Shown one piece after another: positions 10,247 to 20,431 of a DNA stretch of 64,000 nt; within the stretch, counting starts at the first letter, position 1; each line of letters begins with the position of its first letter. The DNA is from an uncultured Desulfatitalea sp. GTDB lineage: Bacteria > Desulfobacterota > Desulfobacteria > Desulfobacterales > Desulfosarcinaceae. A program made the position numbers and the translations under genes. The stretch covers positions 1,856,001 to 1,920,000 of the forward strand of contig CAXXMB010000002.1 of NCBI GenBank assembly GCA_963668675.2. Reading direction: 5' to 3'. Under the pieces are notes generated by a model. That model was not told the DNA's origin, did no database searches, and was given only the letters and a program-made list of their open reading frames with translations.

Positions 10247-10470
10247 CAGGATCCTTCCTTTCGGGCGTTTAGGGCCTGAAGCAATGAGATTGGGCAGGCA
10301 AGCGGATGTTCGGGCCTATGATGGAATTTGGTTTAAGCCTTGGTTGCTTGCGCCTTATTTGCTTGTGAAAGACATGCCTGAATGCTAAGTTGTTTTCGTT
10401 GTCTTACACAATCAAATTTCGGATACCTAATATGAACAGTTAGCAAAATTTTTAGCTGGTGTCACCTAAT

Positions 10471-10490
10471 AATATTCGTTTTTGAAAATT
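10471..10490. promoter_or_regulatory. Candidate GlpR operator
   Basis: Imperfect palindrome AATATTCGTTTTTGAAAATT, resembling the GlpR box, in the glpA/glpR divergent region. Confidence 0.55.
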
Positions 10491-10545
10491 TTTTGTTCAT
10501 TTCATTACATCAAGAACCGCCGCACGAACCCTTCATGGAGGCCCA

Positions 10546-11391
10546 ATGACAGAGTGGACTACCGGTAACCCCATAAATTCAAACCCTTTTTCACCTGGCT
10601 ACCATCCGCCGGAAGAGGGTGCGAACGGGAAGTTGAGCCTGGGGGACCGCCACGCCCAGATCAAACAGATCGTACAAGCCAAGGGATTTGTCACCATCGA
10701 GCACCTGGCCCGCGAATTCGGCGTCACCCCGCAAACCATCCGCCGCGACATCAATGCTCTGAGCAAAGCCGGCGAAATTCAACGCTTTCACGGCGGGGCC
10801 GGCATCGCCTCGAGCACTGAAAACGTGGCCTACAACGAGCGTAAAATCATCTGCTTTCAGGAGAAACGCAAAATCGCCCAGATGGTGGCTGAGCAGATCC
10901 CCAACAATGCATCCCTCTTCATCAATATCGGCACCACCACCGAAGCGATCGCCCAGGCCCTCGTCCACCATAAGCGCCTCAGGATCATCACCAACAATCT
11001 GAACGTCGCCACGATTCTGTCGTCCAACGAAAATTTCGAGGTGATCGTGGCCGGCGGATTGGTGCGCCATCGGGATGGCGGCCTGATCGGTGAGGCCACC
11101 ATCGATTTTATCCAGCAATTCAAGGTGGATTACGGCATTATCGGCATCAGTGGCATCGACCATGACGGCACCCTGCTCGATTTCGATTACCGCGAGGTTC
11201 GTGCCGCCCGTGCCATTATCGACAACTCCCGAAAGGTGTTTTTAGCTACGGACCACTCCAAGTTTGGCCGCAACGCCATGGTGCGCCTGGGCAACATTTC
11301 CGAGATCGACAGCCTCTTCACCGATCAACAGCCGCCCTCCAGCCTGGTGGAGATCATGACCAATGCCGAGGTGAGGCTCTTTGTGGCCTGA
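10546..11391 (+). CDS. glpR: DeoR-family glycerol-3-phosphate repressor
   Basis: HTH FGVTPQTIRRDI, IGTTTE, LLDFDYREV, DHSKFGR. Confidence 0.95.
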   Translation: MTEWTTGNPINSNPFSPGYHPPEEGANGKLSLGDRHAQIKQIVQAKGFVTIEHLAREFGVTPQTIRRDINALSKAGEIQRFHGGAGIASSTENVAYNERKIICFQEKRKIAQMVAEQIPNNASLFINIGTTTEAIAQALVHHKRLRIITNNLNVATILSSNENFEVIVAGGLVRHRDGGLIGEATIDFIQQFKVDYGIIGISGIDHDGTLLDFDYREVRAARAIIDNSRKVFLATDHSKFGRNAMVRLGNISEIDSLFTDQQPPSSLVEIMTNAEVRLFVA

Positions 11392-11438
11392 TGCTCTATA
11401 GAAAATGCACAACCGGGCCTTTTAACAGAGAAAGTAAC

Positions 11439-11510
11439 AATATTCGTAATTGATCAGCCAAGCCCACGTTATTGTGACATTGCAAAACCATTTTTTCACT
11501 TGCGAAACAA
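11439..11510. promoter_or_regulatory. Candidate GlpR operators upstream of the ABC operon
   Basis: AATATTCGTAATTGATCA shares AATATTCGT with the 10471 site; TTTTTCACTTGCGAAACA lies nearby. Confidence 0.45.
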
Positions 11511-11631
11511 AAACGACATTGCTATATACGTTTAATCCCACCGTAACCATCATCGCCACGGATCTTTGGCGACGGGTCAGCATAGTTAAGAACGTGCCGT
11601 ATAAAAGCACAAAGGAATCATGGAGCTGGCT

Positions 11632-12720
11632 ATGGGGTTGGTGCTCGAAAATGTTGACAAGCTTGTTGGTCGAGAGATCTATCTGAAAAATATCCAGCTG
11701 GAGTTTGCTCCTGGCTCACGCAATGTGATCCTGGGTCGCACCCTGGCAGGCAAAACATCCCTGTTGCGCATCATGGCCGGCCTGGACAAGCCAACCAAGG
11801 GTCGCATCCTGGTAGACGACAAGGATGTGACCGGTGTGACGGTTCGCAAACGCAGCGTGGCCATGGTCTACCAGCAGTTCATCAACTACCCCTCTTTAAA
11901 CGTATATAAAAATATCGCCTCACCGCTGAAACTGGCCGGCATCTCCAAAGTCAAAATCGATGAACGGGTCCAACGTACGGCTAAGATGCTGCATATCGAA
12001 AACCTGCTCGACCGAATGCCCGCAGAGCTTTCCGGCGGCCAGCAGCAGCGAACGGCCATTGCCCGGGCGCTGGTAAAAGAGACCCAACTCCTTCTGCTGG
12101 ACGAACCCCTGGTCAATCTTGACTACAAATTGCGTGAAGAGCTGCGCGTCGAATTACAGCAAATTTTCGAGAAACGCGAGGCCATCGTGGTTTACACCAC
12201 CACCGAACCGGCCGAGGCGCTGATGCTGGGCGGCAATATCGTCATCATGGACGAAGGGCGTATCCTGCAGGCCGGACCGACGGGTGAAGTCTACCGGAGC
12301 CCGGCCACCACAAAGGTAGCGGAGATCTTTTCCGACCCACCGATCAACTTTGTGGCCGGTAAAGTCCACGACCGGCAGGCCTGGTTCGGTGAACAGATCC
12401 AACTGCCGCTCAATGGACACATGGCCGATCTGCACGCGGGGGACTACACCTTCGGCGTGCGCTGCAACCACCTCTACCTGACGGCCTCCACCCCGGACGA
12501 TATCGAAATCAAAGCCGTTGTCGAACTGAGTGAAATCAACGGCTCGGAAACCTTTATCCATGCGGGATACGAGAACAGCAAGCTGGTGATCCAGAACGAG
12601 GGCATTCATCAGTTGAAAATCGGCCGGGAGATTTCGGTCTACGTCAATCCCTGCCACTTTTTTGTTTACGATGCCCAAGGCCGTCTTGCGGCCGCACCGG
12701 AACAGACATGCTATGCCTAA
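11632..12720 (+). CDS. glpS: Glycerol ABC transporter ATP-binding subunit
   Basis: Variant Walker [32 protein letters not shown]. Confidence 0.88.
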   Translation: MGLVLENVDKLVGREIYLKNIQLEFAPGSRNVILGRTLAGKTSLLRIMAGLDKPTKGRILVDDKDVTGVTVRKRSVAMVYQQFINYPSLNVYKNIASPLKLAGISKVKIDERVQRTAKMLHIENLLDRMPAELSGGQQQRTAIARALVKETQLLLLDEPLVNLDYKLREELRVELQQIFEKREAIVVYTTTEPAEALMLGGNIVIMDEGRILQAGPTGEVYRSPATTKVAEIFSDPPINFVAGKVHDRQAWFGEQIQLPLNGHMADLHAGDYTFGVRCNHLYLTASTPDDIEIKAVVELSEINGSETFIHAGYENSKLVIQNEGIHQLKIGREISVYVNPCHFFVYDAQGRLAAAPEQTCYA

Positions 12721-12740
12721 TTGAAAAATGATGGAATACA

Positions 12741-12790
12741 TTCACTTTCATGCTTTCCACTTTACACTTTAAACTCCCCGCGAAGCGGGG
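12741..12790. repeat. Degenerate heptamer array (nnACTTT)n plus a small hairpin
   Basis: TTCACTTT CATGCTTT CCACTTT ACACTTT AAACT followed by CCCCGC-GAA-GCGGGG. Confidence 0.65.
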
Positions 12791-12807
12791 TCTAGGAGCT
12801 TGATGCC

Positions 12808-13893
12808 ATGGCGCGCATCGATATGCAGGAGGTTGCTCACAGCTATCTTCCCAAAACCCAGACGCTGGAAGAGTATGCCCTGAAACGCATCCATATGACC
12901 TGGGATGACGGTGGCGCATACGCTCTTCTGGGACCGTCGGGATGCGGTAAGACCACCATGCTCAATATTATCTCGGGCCTGCTTGTACCGAGTCAGGGGC
13001 GGGTTCTATATAATGGTGAAGATGTGACCGGTCTGCCACCGGAGCGCCGCAACATTGCCCAAGTGTTTCAGTTCCCCGTACTCTATGACACCATGACGGT
13101 GGCCGAAAACCTGGCCTTTCCATTGCGCAATAGAGGTGTCGCCCCAGACCAGATCCGGAAGCGGGTTCGGGAGGTGGCCGACATGCTTGAACTGAGCACT
13201 GTTGTGAATAAAAAGGCGGCCGGCCTGGGCGCTGATGCCAAGCAGAAGATATCCCTGGGACGCGGTCTGGTGCGCAGCGATGTGGCGGCCATCCTATTCG
13301 ACGAACCCTTGACCGTCATCGATCCCCACTTGAAGTGGCAGCTCCGGCGCAAACTCAAGGAGATCCACGAACGATCCAGCATGACCATGATTTATGTTAC
13401 CCACGACCAGGTGGAAGCCATGACCTTTGCCGACCAGATCGTTGTGATGTACGAGGGCGAGGTGGTCCAGGTGGGCAGTCCTGAAGAGCTCTACTCCCAG
13501 CCCAAGCACAAGTTCGTGGGATACTTCATCGGCAGCCCGGGCATGAACTTTCTGGAGTGCAAAGTGGAAGGCGACCTCGCCCATATCAACGGTGCAACCA
13601 TCACCCTCGACCCGGGCACGGCTGAAATGGCGCGAAAGGCGGAGGGCAAGCTCGAGGTGGGAATCCGCCCCATGCACCTGGAGGTGAACAATACCGAAGT
13701 GCCGAACGGCATTCCGGTGGCGGTCACCGCCCTGGAGGATCAAGGCAGCAACAAGGTGATCACCATGGCGCTCGACGGCCATACGGTACGCGCACGGATA
13801 CCCGAAGCGCAACCGGTGCCCGGTGAAAAAGCGTGGCTGCGCTTCCCGCCCGAATGGACACGGCTCTTTGCCGACGAGCGGTTGGTAGGATAG
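12808..13893 (+). CDS. glpT: Glycerol ABC transporter second ATP-binding subunit (Rhizobium-type GlpT, not the E. coli MFS GlpT)
   Basis: GPSGCGKT, ADAKQKISLGRG, FDEPLTVIDPHLKW. Confidence 0.88.
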   Translation: MARIDMQEVAHSYLPKTQTLEEYALKRIHMTWDDGGAYALLGPSGCGKTTMLNIISGLLVPSQGRVLYNGEDVTGLPPERRNIAQVFQFPVLYDTMTVAENLAFPLRNRGVAPDQIRKRVREVADMLELSTVVNKKAAGLGADAKQKISLGRGLVRSDVAAILFDEPLTVIDPHLKWQLRRKLKEIHERSSMTMIYVTHDQVEAMTFADQIVVMYEGEVVQVGSPEELYSQPKHKFVGYFIGSPGMNFLECKVEGDLAHINGATITLDPGTAEMARKAEGKLEVGIRPMHLEVNNTEVPNGIPVAVTALEDQGSNKVITMALDGHTVRARIPEAQPVPGEKAWLRFPPEWTRLFADERLVG

Positions 13894-13975
13894 GAAAACA
13901 GGTGTTTAGGCCGAAGGCAAATGATAATATGCCGGCCTCTTCAGCCCTCTGTTTAATAAACAACGGAGTCATCCG

Positions 13976-14860
13976 ATGGAGAAGTGGGAAAACAACCGAG
14001 CCTGGTTTCTGGTGCTGCCGGTCTTTGTGATCGTGGCCTTCAGTGCCATCATTCCGCTGATGACAGTGGTCAACTACTCGATACAGGATATCTTCGGACC
14101 CGGTAATTCCGTCTTCGTGGGAACGGAATGGTTCAAAGAGATGTTGACCGATCATCGGCTGCACGACGCCTTGGGCCGCCAGTTCCTCTTCTCCGGCCTG
14201 GTCCTGCTCATCGAAATCCCCCTGGGCATCCTCATCGCCCTGGCCATGCCCAAAAAGGGGTGGGGCGTTTCGGCCAGCCTGGTCACCCTGGCGATCCCGC
14301 TGCTGATTCCCTGGAACGTGATCGGTACCATCTGGATCATCTTCACCCGGCCGGACATCGGCCTCTTCGGTGTGGGTATCAACAGTCTGGATCTTCTCAC
14401 GGTGCCCTTCGACCACACCGCGCGACCCATCTATGCCTGGATCACCTTGATGGCCATGGAGGTGTGGCACTGGACGCCACTGGTGGCGCTGCTTTGCTAC
14501 GCCGGCCTGCGCGCCATTCCCGAGGCCTATTACCAGGCCGCCAAGATCGACGGCGCCTCGGCCTGGGCGGTGTTCTTCTACATCCAATTGCCCAAGATGC
14601 GCGGCGTCCTCACCATCGCCGTGCTGCTCAGGTGGATGGACAGCTTCCTGATCTACGCCGAACCCTTCGCCCTGACCGGCGGAGGACCGGGCAACGCGAC
14701 CACCTTCCTCTCGATCTACCTGGTCAAACTGGCCACCGGTCAGTTCGATCTCGGCCCGGCCGCGGCCTTCTCGCTGATCTACTTTCTGATCGTGCTGCTG
14801 TTCTGCTTTATCTTCTACCAAGCACTGCTCAACGTCGGCAAAGGAGAAAAGATATCATGA
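13976..14860 (+). CDS. glpP: Glycerol ABC transporter permease
   Basis: Hydrophobic protein with EAA loop YYQAAKIDGAS. Confidence 0.88.
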   Translation: MEKWENNRAWFLVLPVFVIVAFSAIIPLMTVVNYSIQDIFGPGNSVFVGTEWFKEMLTDHRLHDALGRQFLFSGLVLLIEIPLGILIALAMPKKGWGVSASLVTLAIPLLIPWNVIGTIWIIFTRPDIGLFGVGINSLDLLTVPFDHTARPIYAWITLMAMEVWHWTPLVALLCYAGLRAIPEAYYQAAKIDGASAWAVFFYIQLPKMRGVLTIAVLLRWMDSFLIYAEPFALTGGGPGNATTFLSIYLVKLATGQFDLGPAAAFSLIYFLIVLLFCFIFYQALLNVGKGEKIS

Positions 14861-15660
14861 GAATCCAAAAAAGAACCATCGCACTGATCTTCTATTTCGC
14901 ATTGCTGGTGGTGCCCATCTACTGGATGCTCAACATGTCGCTGCGCAGCAATGCGGATATTCTGAGCAGCTTCTCCCTCTATCCGACAAACGTCACCTTT
15001 CAAAACTACATCAAAATCTTCACCGATTCGAGCTGGTATTCGGGCTACATCAACGCCATCATCTACGTCACCATGAACACCATCATGTCCCTGGCGTTCG
15101 CCCTGCCGGCGGCCTACGCCTTCTCCCGCTTCAAATTTCTGGGCGACGGACAAATGTTTTTCTGGCTGCTCACCAACCGCATGGCACCGCCAGCCGTCTT
15201 TCTCCTGCCCTACTTTCAACTCTACTCCACCGTAAATCTGATCGACACCCATATCGCGGTGGCCCTGGCCCACTGCCTCTTCAACGTGCCCCTGGCAGTG
15301 TGGATTCTGGAAGGCTTCATGTCCGGCATTCCCAAGGAGATCGACGAGACGGCCTTTATCGACGGGTACACCTTTCCGCGATTCTTCATCACCGTTTTCA
15401 TCCCCTTGATAAGGGCCGGTGTAGGCGTCACCGCCTTCTTCTGTTTCATGTTCAGTTGGGTCGAACTGCTCTTCGCCCGAACCTTGACGGTGACCGAAGC
15501 CAAACCAATCGTCGCCACCATGACAAGGACCATCAGCGCCACCGGCCTGGACTGGGGCCTTATGGCCGCCAACGGCATTCTCACCATCGTTCCGGGCGCC
15601 CTGGTTATCTGGTTCGTGCGCAACCACCTGGCCAAGGGGTTTGCACTGGGCCGGGTATAA
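14857..15660 (+). CDS. glpQ: Glycerol ABC transporter permease
   Basis: ATGA overlap with glpP; IDETAFIDG loop; ends AKGFALGRV. Confidence 0.88.
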   Translation: MRIQKRTIALIFYFALLVVPIYWMLNMSLRSNADILSSFSLYPTNVTFQNYIKIFTDSSWYSGYINAIIYVTMNTIMSLAFALPAAYAFSRFKFLGDGQMFFWLLTNRMAPPAVFLLPYFQLYSTVNLIDTHIAVALAHCLFNVPLAVWILEGFMSGIPKEIDETAFIDGYTFPRFFITVFIPLIRAGVGVTAFFCFMFSWVELLFARTLTVTEAKPIVATMTRTISATGLDWGLMAANGILTIVPGALVIWFVRNHLAKGFALGRV

Positions 15661-15672
15661 AAGGAGAAATCC

Positions 15673-15951
15673 ATGAGCTTCGACTGGATGTATTGGACCT
15701 TGCCCACGGCGATCTTCTTTGTCACCATCTTTCTGATGATCGCCGGCATGCTCGTCTGGGAGTTGGCGTCGCCCACCATCGAGCGAAGGGGATTTCTGCG
15801 GGTGCCGACCACGCGCGGGACACGCTTTTTCATCGGCCTGCTGGGCACCGCCTATATCCATCTGGCGTGGATCGGATTGACGGATCTGAACCTGTGGTTT
15901 GCACTCCCCATCTCTGCCGTCTGGATCTTCATCGTAATGCGATGGGGATAG
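15673..15951 (+). CDS. glpU: Small membrane protein (DUF2160 type)
   Basis: WMYWTLPTAIFF..RRGFL..TTRGTRFFIGLL; AAGGAG RBS; position in the operon. Confidence 0.85.
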   Translation: MSFDWMYWTLPTAIFFVTIFLMIAGMLVWELASPTIERRGFLRVPTTRGTRFFIGLLGTAYIHLAWIGLTDLNLWFALPISAVWIFIVMRWG

Positions 15952-16085
15952 AAGTGTTTGCACCATTTATTTTCAGTCAGCCCCATAACCAGGACGGGAC
16001 TCTATCGCCGGGCGACCAAAGCCTTCACGCCCGCGATACCGTCCGAAACCCAACCCCACCCCTGAAGGCGAAAAGGAGGAAGCTC

Positions 16086-17816
16086 ATGAAAGACAAATTG
16101 AAAAAGTCGATGCTTCTGGGAGTCGCATTGGCCGCCATATTCGCTCTGGCAGCTGGACCGGTCTGCGCGGATATGGCCGCCGCCAAAAAATGGGTCGACA
16201 CAGAGTTCCAACCCTCGACCCTGAGTAAAAAAGAGCAGCTCAAGGAGATGGAGTGGTTCATGAACGCGGCCAAACCGTTTAAAGGCATGAACATCAAGGT
16301 CGTCTCCGAGACCATTACCACCCATGAGTATGAAGCCAAAACCCTGGCTAAGGCGTTCGAAGAGATCACCGGCATCAAGGTCTCGTTCGACCTGATCCAG
16401 GAGGGCGACGTCATTGAGAAGCTCCAGACCCAGTGGGCGTCAGGGCAGAACATTTACGACGCCTGGATCAATGACTCCGATTTGATCGGCACGCACGCCC
16501 GCTATGGCTATGTGCTACCATTGTCCGACTTCATGAAAGGCGAAGGCAAGGATGTGACCCTGCCAACCCTGGATGTGGACGACTTCATGGGCAAGTCCTT
16601 CACCACGGGACCGGACGGCAAACTCTACCAGCTGCCCGACCAGCAGTTCGCCAACCTCTACTGGTTCCGCTACGACTGGTTCAAACGCCCGGACTTTAAA
16701 AAGCAGTTCAAAGAGATCTACGGCTATGAACTGGGTGTGCCGGTCAACTGGTCTGCCTATGAGGACATCGCCGAATTCTTTACCGAGCATGTGCGCGAAA
16801 TCGACGGCAAGGCCATCTTCGGTCACAACGACTACGGCAAGAAGGCCCCGGACCTGGGTTGGCGTTTTACCGACGCCTGGCTCTCCATGGCCGGTGCCGG
16901 CGACAAGGGACTTCCCAATGGAAGGCCTGTGGACGAGTGGGGCATTCGCATGGAAGGGTGCCGCCCGGTAGGCGCGACCGTCGCCCGCGGCGGTGCAGCC
17001 AACGGTCCGGCTGCCAAATATGCCTTGCGCAAATATATGGATTGGCTGAGAAAATATGCACCTCCGGGGAGTCTGGGCATGGATTTTTACACCTATCTGC
17101 CCTTCCTGGCCGGTGGTAGTGTGGCCCAACAGATCTTCTGGTACACCGCCTTCGTTCCCAGCATGGTCGCTCCAGGCCCCACGGTCAACGCGGACGGTAC
17201 CCCGAAATGGCGCATGGCACCATCGCCCCATGGCCCCTATTGGGAAGAGGGCATGAAGCTGGGCTACCAGGACTGCGGTTCCTGGACCTTCATGAAGAGC
17301 ACCCCGCTCGAACGCCGCAAGGCCGCCTGGCTGTTCGCCCAGTTCTGCGTCTGCAAGACCACCTCTCTGAAGAAGGCCCATGTGGGTCTGACCCCCATTC
17401 GGGACAGCGACATCCGCCATCAGTCGTTCACCGACCGTGCTCCCAAACTGGGCGGCCTGGTGGAGTTTTACCGCAGCCCGGCCCGCGTGGCCTGGACCCC
17501 GACCGGTATCAACGTGCCCGACTACCCAAAGCTGGCCCAGCTCTGGTGGCAGAACATCGGTGAGGCCGTTTCCGGTGAAGTCACTGTTGACACGGCCATG
17601 GACAACCTGGCCAAAGAGATGGACCGCGTGATGGAGCGAATTGCACGCTCCAAGACCCAGGGCGAGTGCGGCCCGAAACTGAATCCGGAAAAAGACGAAG
17701 CCTATTGGCTGAATCAACCCGGCGCACCCAAAGCCAAGGTCAACGAAAAACCCAAGGGCGAGACAGTAGATTATGATCAACTCATCAAAGCCTGGCGGGA
17801 AGGTCGTGTGAAGTAA
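16086..17816 (+). CDS. glpV: Glycerol ABC transporter substrate-binding protein
   Basis: Signal peptide; EFQPSTLS, LPDQQFANLYWFR, NVPDYPKLAQLWW; AGGAGG RBS. Confidence 0.9.
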   Translation: MKDKLKKSMLLGVALAAIFALAAGPVCADMAAAKKWVDTEFQPSTLSKKEQLKEMEWFMNAAKPFKGMNIKVVSETITTHEYEAKTLAKAFEEITGIKVSFDLIQEGDVIEKLQTQWASGQNIYDAWINDSDLIGTHARYGYVLPLSDFMKGEGKDVTLPTLDVDDFMGKSFTTGPDGKLYQLPDQQFANLYWFRYDWFKRPDFKKQFKEIYGYELGVPVNWSAYEDIAEFFTEHVREIDGKAIFGHNDYGKKAPDLGWRFTDAWLSMAGAGDKGLPNGRPVDEWGIRMEGCRPVGATVARGGAANGPAAKYALRKYMDWLRKYAPPGSLGMDFYTYLPFLAGGSVAQQIFWYTAFVPSMVAPGPTVNADGTPKWRMAPSPHGPYWEEGMKLGYQDCGSWTFMKSTPLERRKAAWLFAQFCVCKTTSLKKAHVGLTPIRDSDIRHQSFTDRAPKLGGLVEFYRSPARVAWTPTGINVPDYPKLAQLWWQNIGEAVSGEVTVDTAMDNLAKEMDRVMERIARSKTQGECGPKLNPEKDEAYWLNQPGAPKAKVNEKPKGETVDYDQLIKAWREGRVK

Positions 17817-17848
17817 TCTCGACCTTTTGTATTGGTAAGTGTTATACA

Positions 17849-17888
17849 GAGCGGCGCACCGCCTTCGGGCGGAGCGCCGCTCGCTTTT
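17849..17888 (+). terminator. Intrinsic terminator after glpV
   Basis: GAGCGGCGCACCGCC-TTCG-GGCGGAGCGCCGCTC followed by GCTTTT. Confidence 0.75.
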
Positions 17889-17940
17889 AATGATCAAATA
17901 TGGATTTGTGTCGGTCCATTGTGATATCGGCGAAATTCCA

Positions 17941-17974
17941 CCGCTTTAAACTTCTACACTTTACACTTAAAACT
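17941..17974. repeat. Degenerate heptamer array
   Basis: CCGCTTT AAACTTCT ACACTTT ACACTTA AAACT. Confidence 0.6.
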
Positions 17975-17988
17975 GTTTTGCTTGGCAT

Positions 17989-18365
17989 ATGAAGATCGTC
18001 CTGGCAACCTACGGTTCACGCGGTGATGTGCAACCCATGTTGGCGCTTTCACTGGCCTTGAAAGCCAGAGGCCATGACGTGCGCCTGGCAGCATCACCTG
18101 GAAAATGGCCAGGCAGGGTGATCACCTCCATCTCGAACGGCGCATCAACCGCCATCGCAAAACAATGGGGCTCAAGGCCACTCGGGATGTTTGGCGGCAT
18201 CTGATGGGCCCAGATACGATTGTCGCCTCGGACCGGGCCATTGCTGAGCTTCACAGGGGGGCGGCATGTCTAAACGACCAACGGATTCGGAGACGTACCA
18301 AAGCAACGGACCGCGAGATAGGCAAAATCGATGGTCTGGAGGCGACTGTCCGTGAAATCGAAAAA
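17989..18365 (+). pseudogene. GT1/GT28-type glycosyltransferase remnant with internal deletions
   Basis: N-terminus MKIVLATYGSRGDVQPMLAL, then middle-like and C-terminal-like fragments in another frame; about 125 codons in total. Confidence 0.75.
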
Positions 18366-18458
18366 GGGGTTACACCGCAGTGGCATTATGAAGTGCCCGG
18401 GGATGGGGCGCAATGGACCCCGCACTGGCCTTTGGTTCAGTGCGTGCCATAGGCCTCA

Positions 18459-18671
18459 CTATAGGCAAAGCTTGGAGACCAACCGGCAATAGGCACCTTT
18501 GGGGGGCTTCACCTCATTGGTATTGGATGCAAGCCTCTTGGCCGCCGAAGCGCACCACTCGTCAAAAAGGGGATCGCTCCAATCGTACCGTCGCAGGGCC
18601 TCTACTTCTTCGGCAAGGGCACCCCGACGACTTCGGCGACCGGCTCTGCTTTTCAGCTTCTGTTTCATCAT
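18459..18671 (-). CDS. Small hypothetical protein
   Basis: Strong AAGGAGG RBS before the ATG; no recognised motif. Confidence 0.4.
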   Translation of the reverse strand: MMKQKLKSRAGRRSRRGALAEEVEALRRYDWSDPLFDEWCASAAKRLASNTNEVKPPKGAYCRLVSKLCL

Positions 18672-18993
18672 GGTGCCTCCTTGATAACCAGGCACGTTCA
18701 TGCGCGGAAAAACAGGTTCATATCTGCTGCCGTTGCCGGAATCTGGTAAGGGGATAGAGATCTGTTCATCTTCTTGGAGGAGTGCGGATCATTCAGTGCG
18801 ATGCGACAACAGCAGCTTCGGGTGTGAGGGTATCTTCTCCCATATCAAGTCGGAAAGATGTGATCTGCTTCACACGGGCCGTGACAGATAGATCACACAA
18901 CTCAAAATGAGGATGTGAAGAGGGTCCGTCAACCGTCGGCCGGACATTTTCCTGCATTTTCTTCGATTGGAAGAGAAGATGACAGGCTGTCCG

Positions 18994-20148
18994 TCAGAAG
19001 GCCGGGCCCGTGGTGTGCAGGGCCACCATCTCCTGGCGATTGCGTTCGGCTTTGGTGAGCTGCCCTTCGGCCACTGCCTGGACGAGCTCAACCAACTCCT
19101 GCCGGGCATCTTCCAGGGCGCGCCCCTCGATCAGGGAGCCGGCGTTAAGGTCCATGTCGTCGGCCATGTTCTCATACAACCGATTGTTGGAGGCCAATTT
19201 GACCACCGGCACCGTTGGAAAGCCGGCCGGCGTGCCGCGCCCTGTGGTAAATAGCATGATCTGGGCGCCGCCGGCGGCCATACCGGTGAGCGAAAAGATA
19301 TCCGAACCCGGGGTGTCCATCAGTACCAGCCCTTTTTCCGTCGGAGGCGCGCCGTAGTTCACCAGCTCGCGGATGGGACTGGTGCCCCCTTTGACGATGC
19401 ACCCCAACGACTTTTCACTGATCGTGGAGAGCCCGCCATCCATATTTCCAGGTGAAATAACCATTCCGGCCCGCTCTCCGAGAAGATCTTCGGTGCGCCG
19501 TCTCTGGCGCTGAATCAGATCGACGATGCGCTCCCCAAGCCGGGGATCGGCGGTCCGCTTGGCAAGGATGTGTTCAGTGCCGATCATTTCGGTGGTCTCC
19601 GACAGAATCACCGTGCCGCCCTGCGCCACGAGCCAGTCGGCCACCGCACCCACCAGGCGGTTGGCCGTCAACCCGGAGAGCGCATCCGAACCGCCGCACT
19701 CCAGCCCGACGGTCAAGGCCGATAAAGGACACGCCTCGCGCGCGCGCTTCCCTGCATCGGTCAACATGCGGTGGGCGATACGGATCCCCTCTGCCGTGGC
19801 CTTGACCGATCCTCCGGCGGACTGAATATCGATCGTCTCCACGGGAGTCGATGCCTTCTCGATCTCCTTCGCCAAACCGGCAGCTTTGATCGTCTCGCAG
19901 CCCAACCCTACGACCAGGACAGCAAAAATATTGGGATTGCGGCCCAAGCCGGCCAGCGTCCGTTGGGCCATCAGCGAATCGGCCGTGGCCCGACCGCACC
20001 CCTCTGTGTGGGTAATGGTCTTTACTTCCGGCAGTTCACGGCCGATAGCCTGTACCACGCCGTTGGCGCAGCTCACCGAACTCATGACCAGGACATGATT
20101 GCGGGTGCCTATGGCCCCGCTTTTTCTCCTGTAGCCCATAAAATCCAT
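18994..20148 (-). CDS. UxaA/GarD-family dehydratase large subunit (SuyB-like)
   Basis: FMGYRR..GTRNHV, ECGGSD, SPGNMDGGLSTISEKSLG, FTTGRG. Confidence 0.88.
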   Translation of the reverse strand: MDFMGYRRKSGAIGTRNHVLVMSSVSCANGVVQAIGRELPEVKTITHTEGCGRATADSLMAQRTLAGLGRNPNIFAVLVVGLGCETIKAAGLAKEIEKASTPVETIDIQSAGGSVKATAEGIRIAHRMLTDAGKRAREACPLSALTVGLECGGSDALSGLTANRLVGAVADWLVAQGGTVILSETTEMIGTEHILAKRTADPRLGERIVDLIQRQRRRTEDLLGERAGMVISPGNMDGGLSTISEKSLGCIVKGGTSPIRELVNYGAPPTEKGLVLMDTPGSDIFSLTGMAAGGAQIMLFTTGRGTPAGFPTVPVVKLASNNRLYENMADDMDLNAGSLIEGRALEDARQELVELVQAVAEGQLTKAERNRQEMVALHTTGPAF

Positions 20149-20161
20149 AGCAGTCGATTCC

Positions 20162-20431
20162 TCATGCAATGATGTTATGCGTGTGCACCCACTCGCCGGG
20201 TGCGATGGCCATCTTGGCCAGAGCAATGGTCTCTCCATATTTGACGATCGGCATATCGCGCTCGATGGTCTTCAGCGCCACCTTGTGGTGCTGCGGAATG
20301 TCAGTGGCCGCCGACAACCCCTGGGGGTCGATACCAATCAGCGGCTCCCCTTTACCAATGGGAACGGTGACCACCGCCACATTGTCCTCCGGATGAATTT
20401 GGATGGTGTTGACGTTCATCTTCGCTTTCAA
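20162..20431 (-). CDS. UxaA-family SAF-domain small subunit (SuyA-like)
   Basis: IHPEDNVAV..HKVAL..VKYGE..GEWVHTHN. Confidence 0.88.
   Translation of the reverse strand: MKAKMNVNTIQIHPEDNVAVVTVPIGKGEPLIGIDPQGLSAATDIPQHHKVALKTIERDMPIVKYGETIALAKMAIAPGEWVHTHNIIA

Noticed and set aside
11565..11582. Sigma-54 promoter (GG-N10-GC) before glpS
   Set aside because: It lacks the TTGC context, lies within a hairpin, and no enhancer-binding protein gene is nearby.
14128..17816. Long 510 aa and 838 aa ORFs as fusion proteins
   Set aside because: The upstream extensions are off-frame read-through across glpP, glpQ and glpU. Starts with RBS are at 14857 and 16086.
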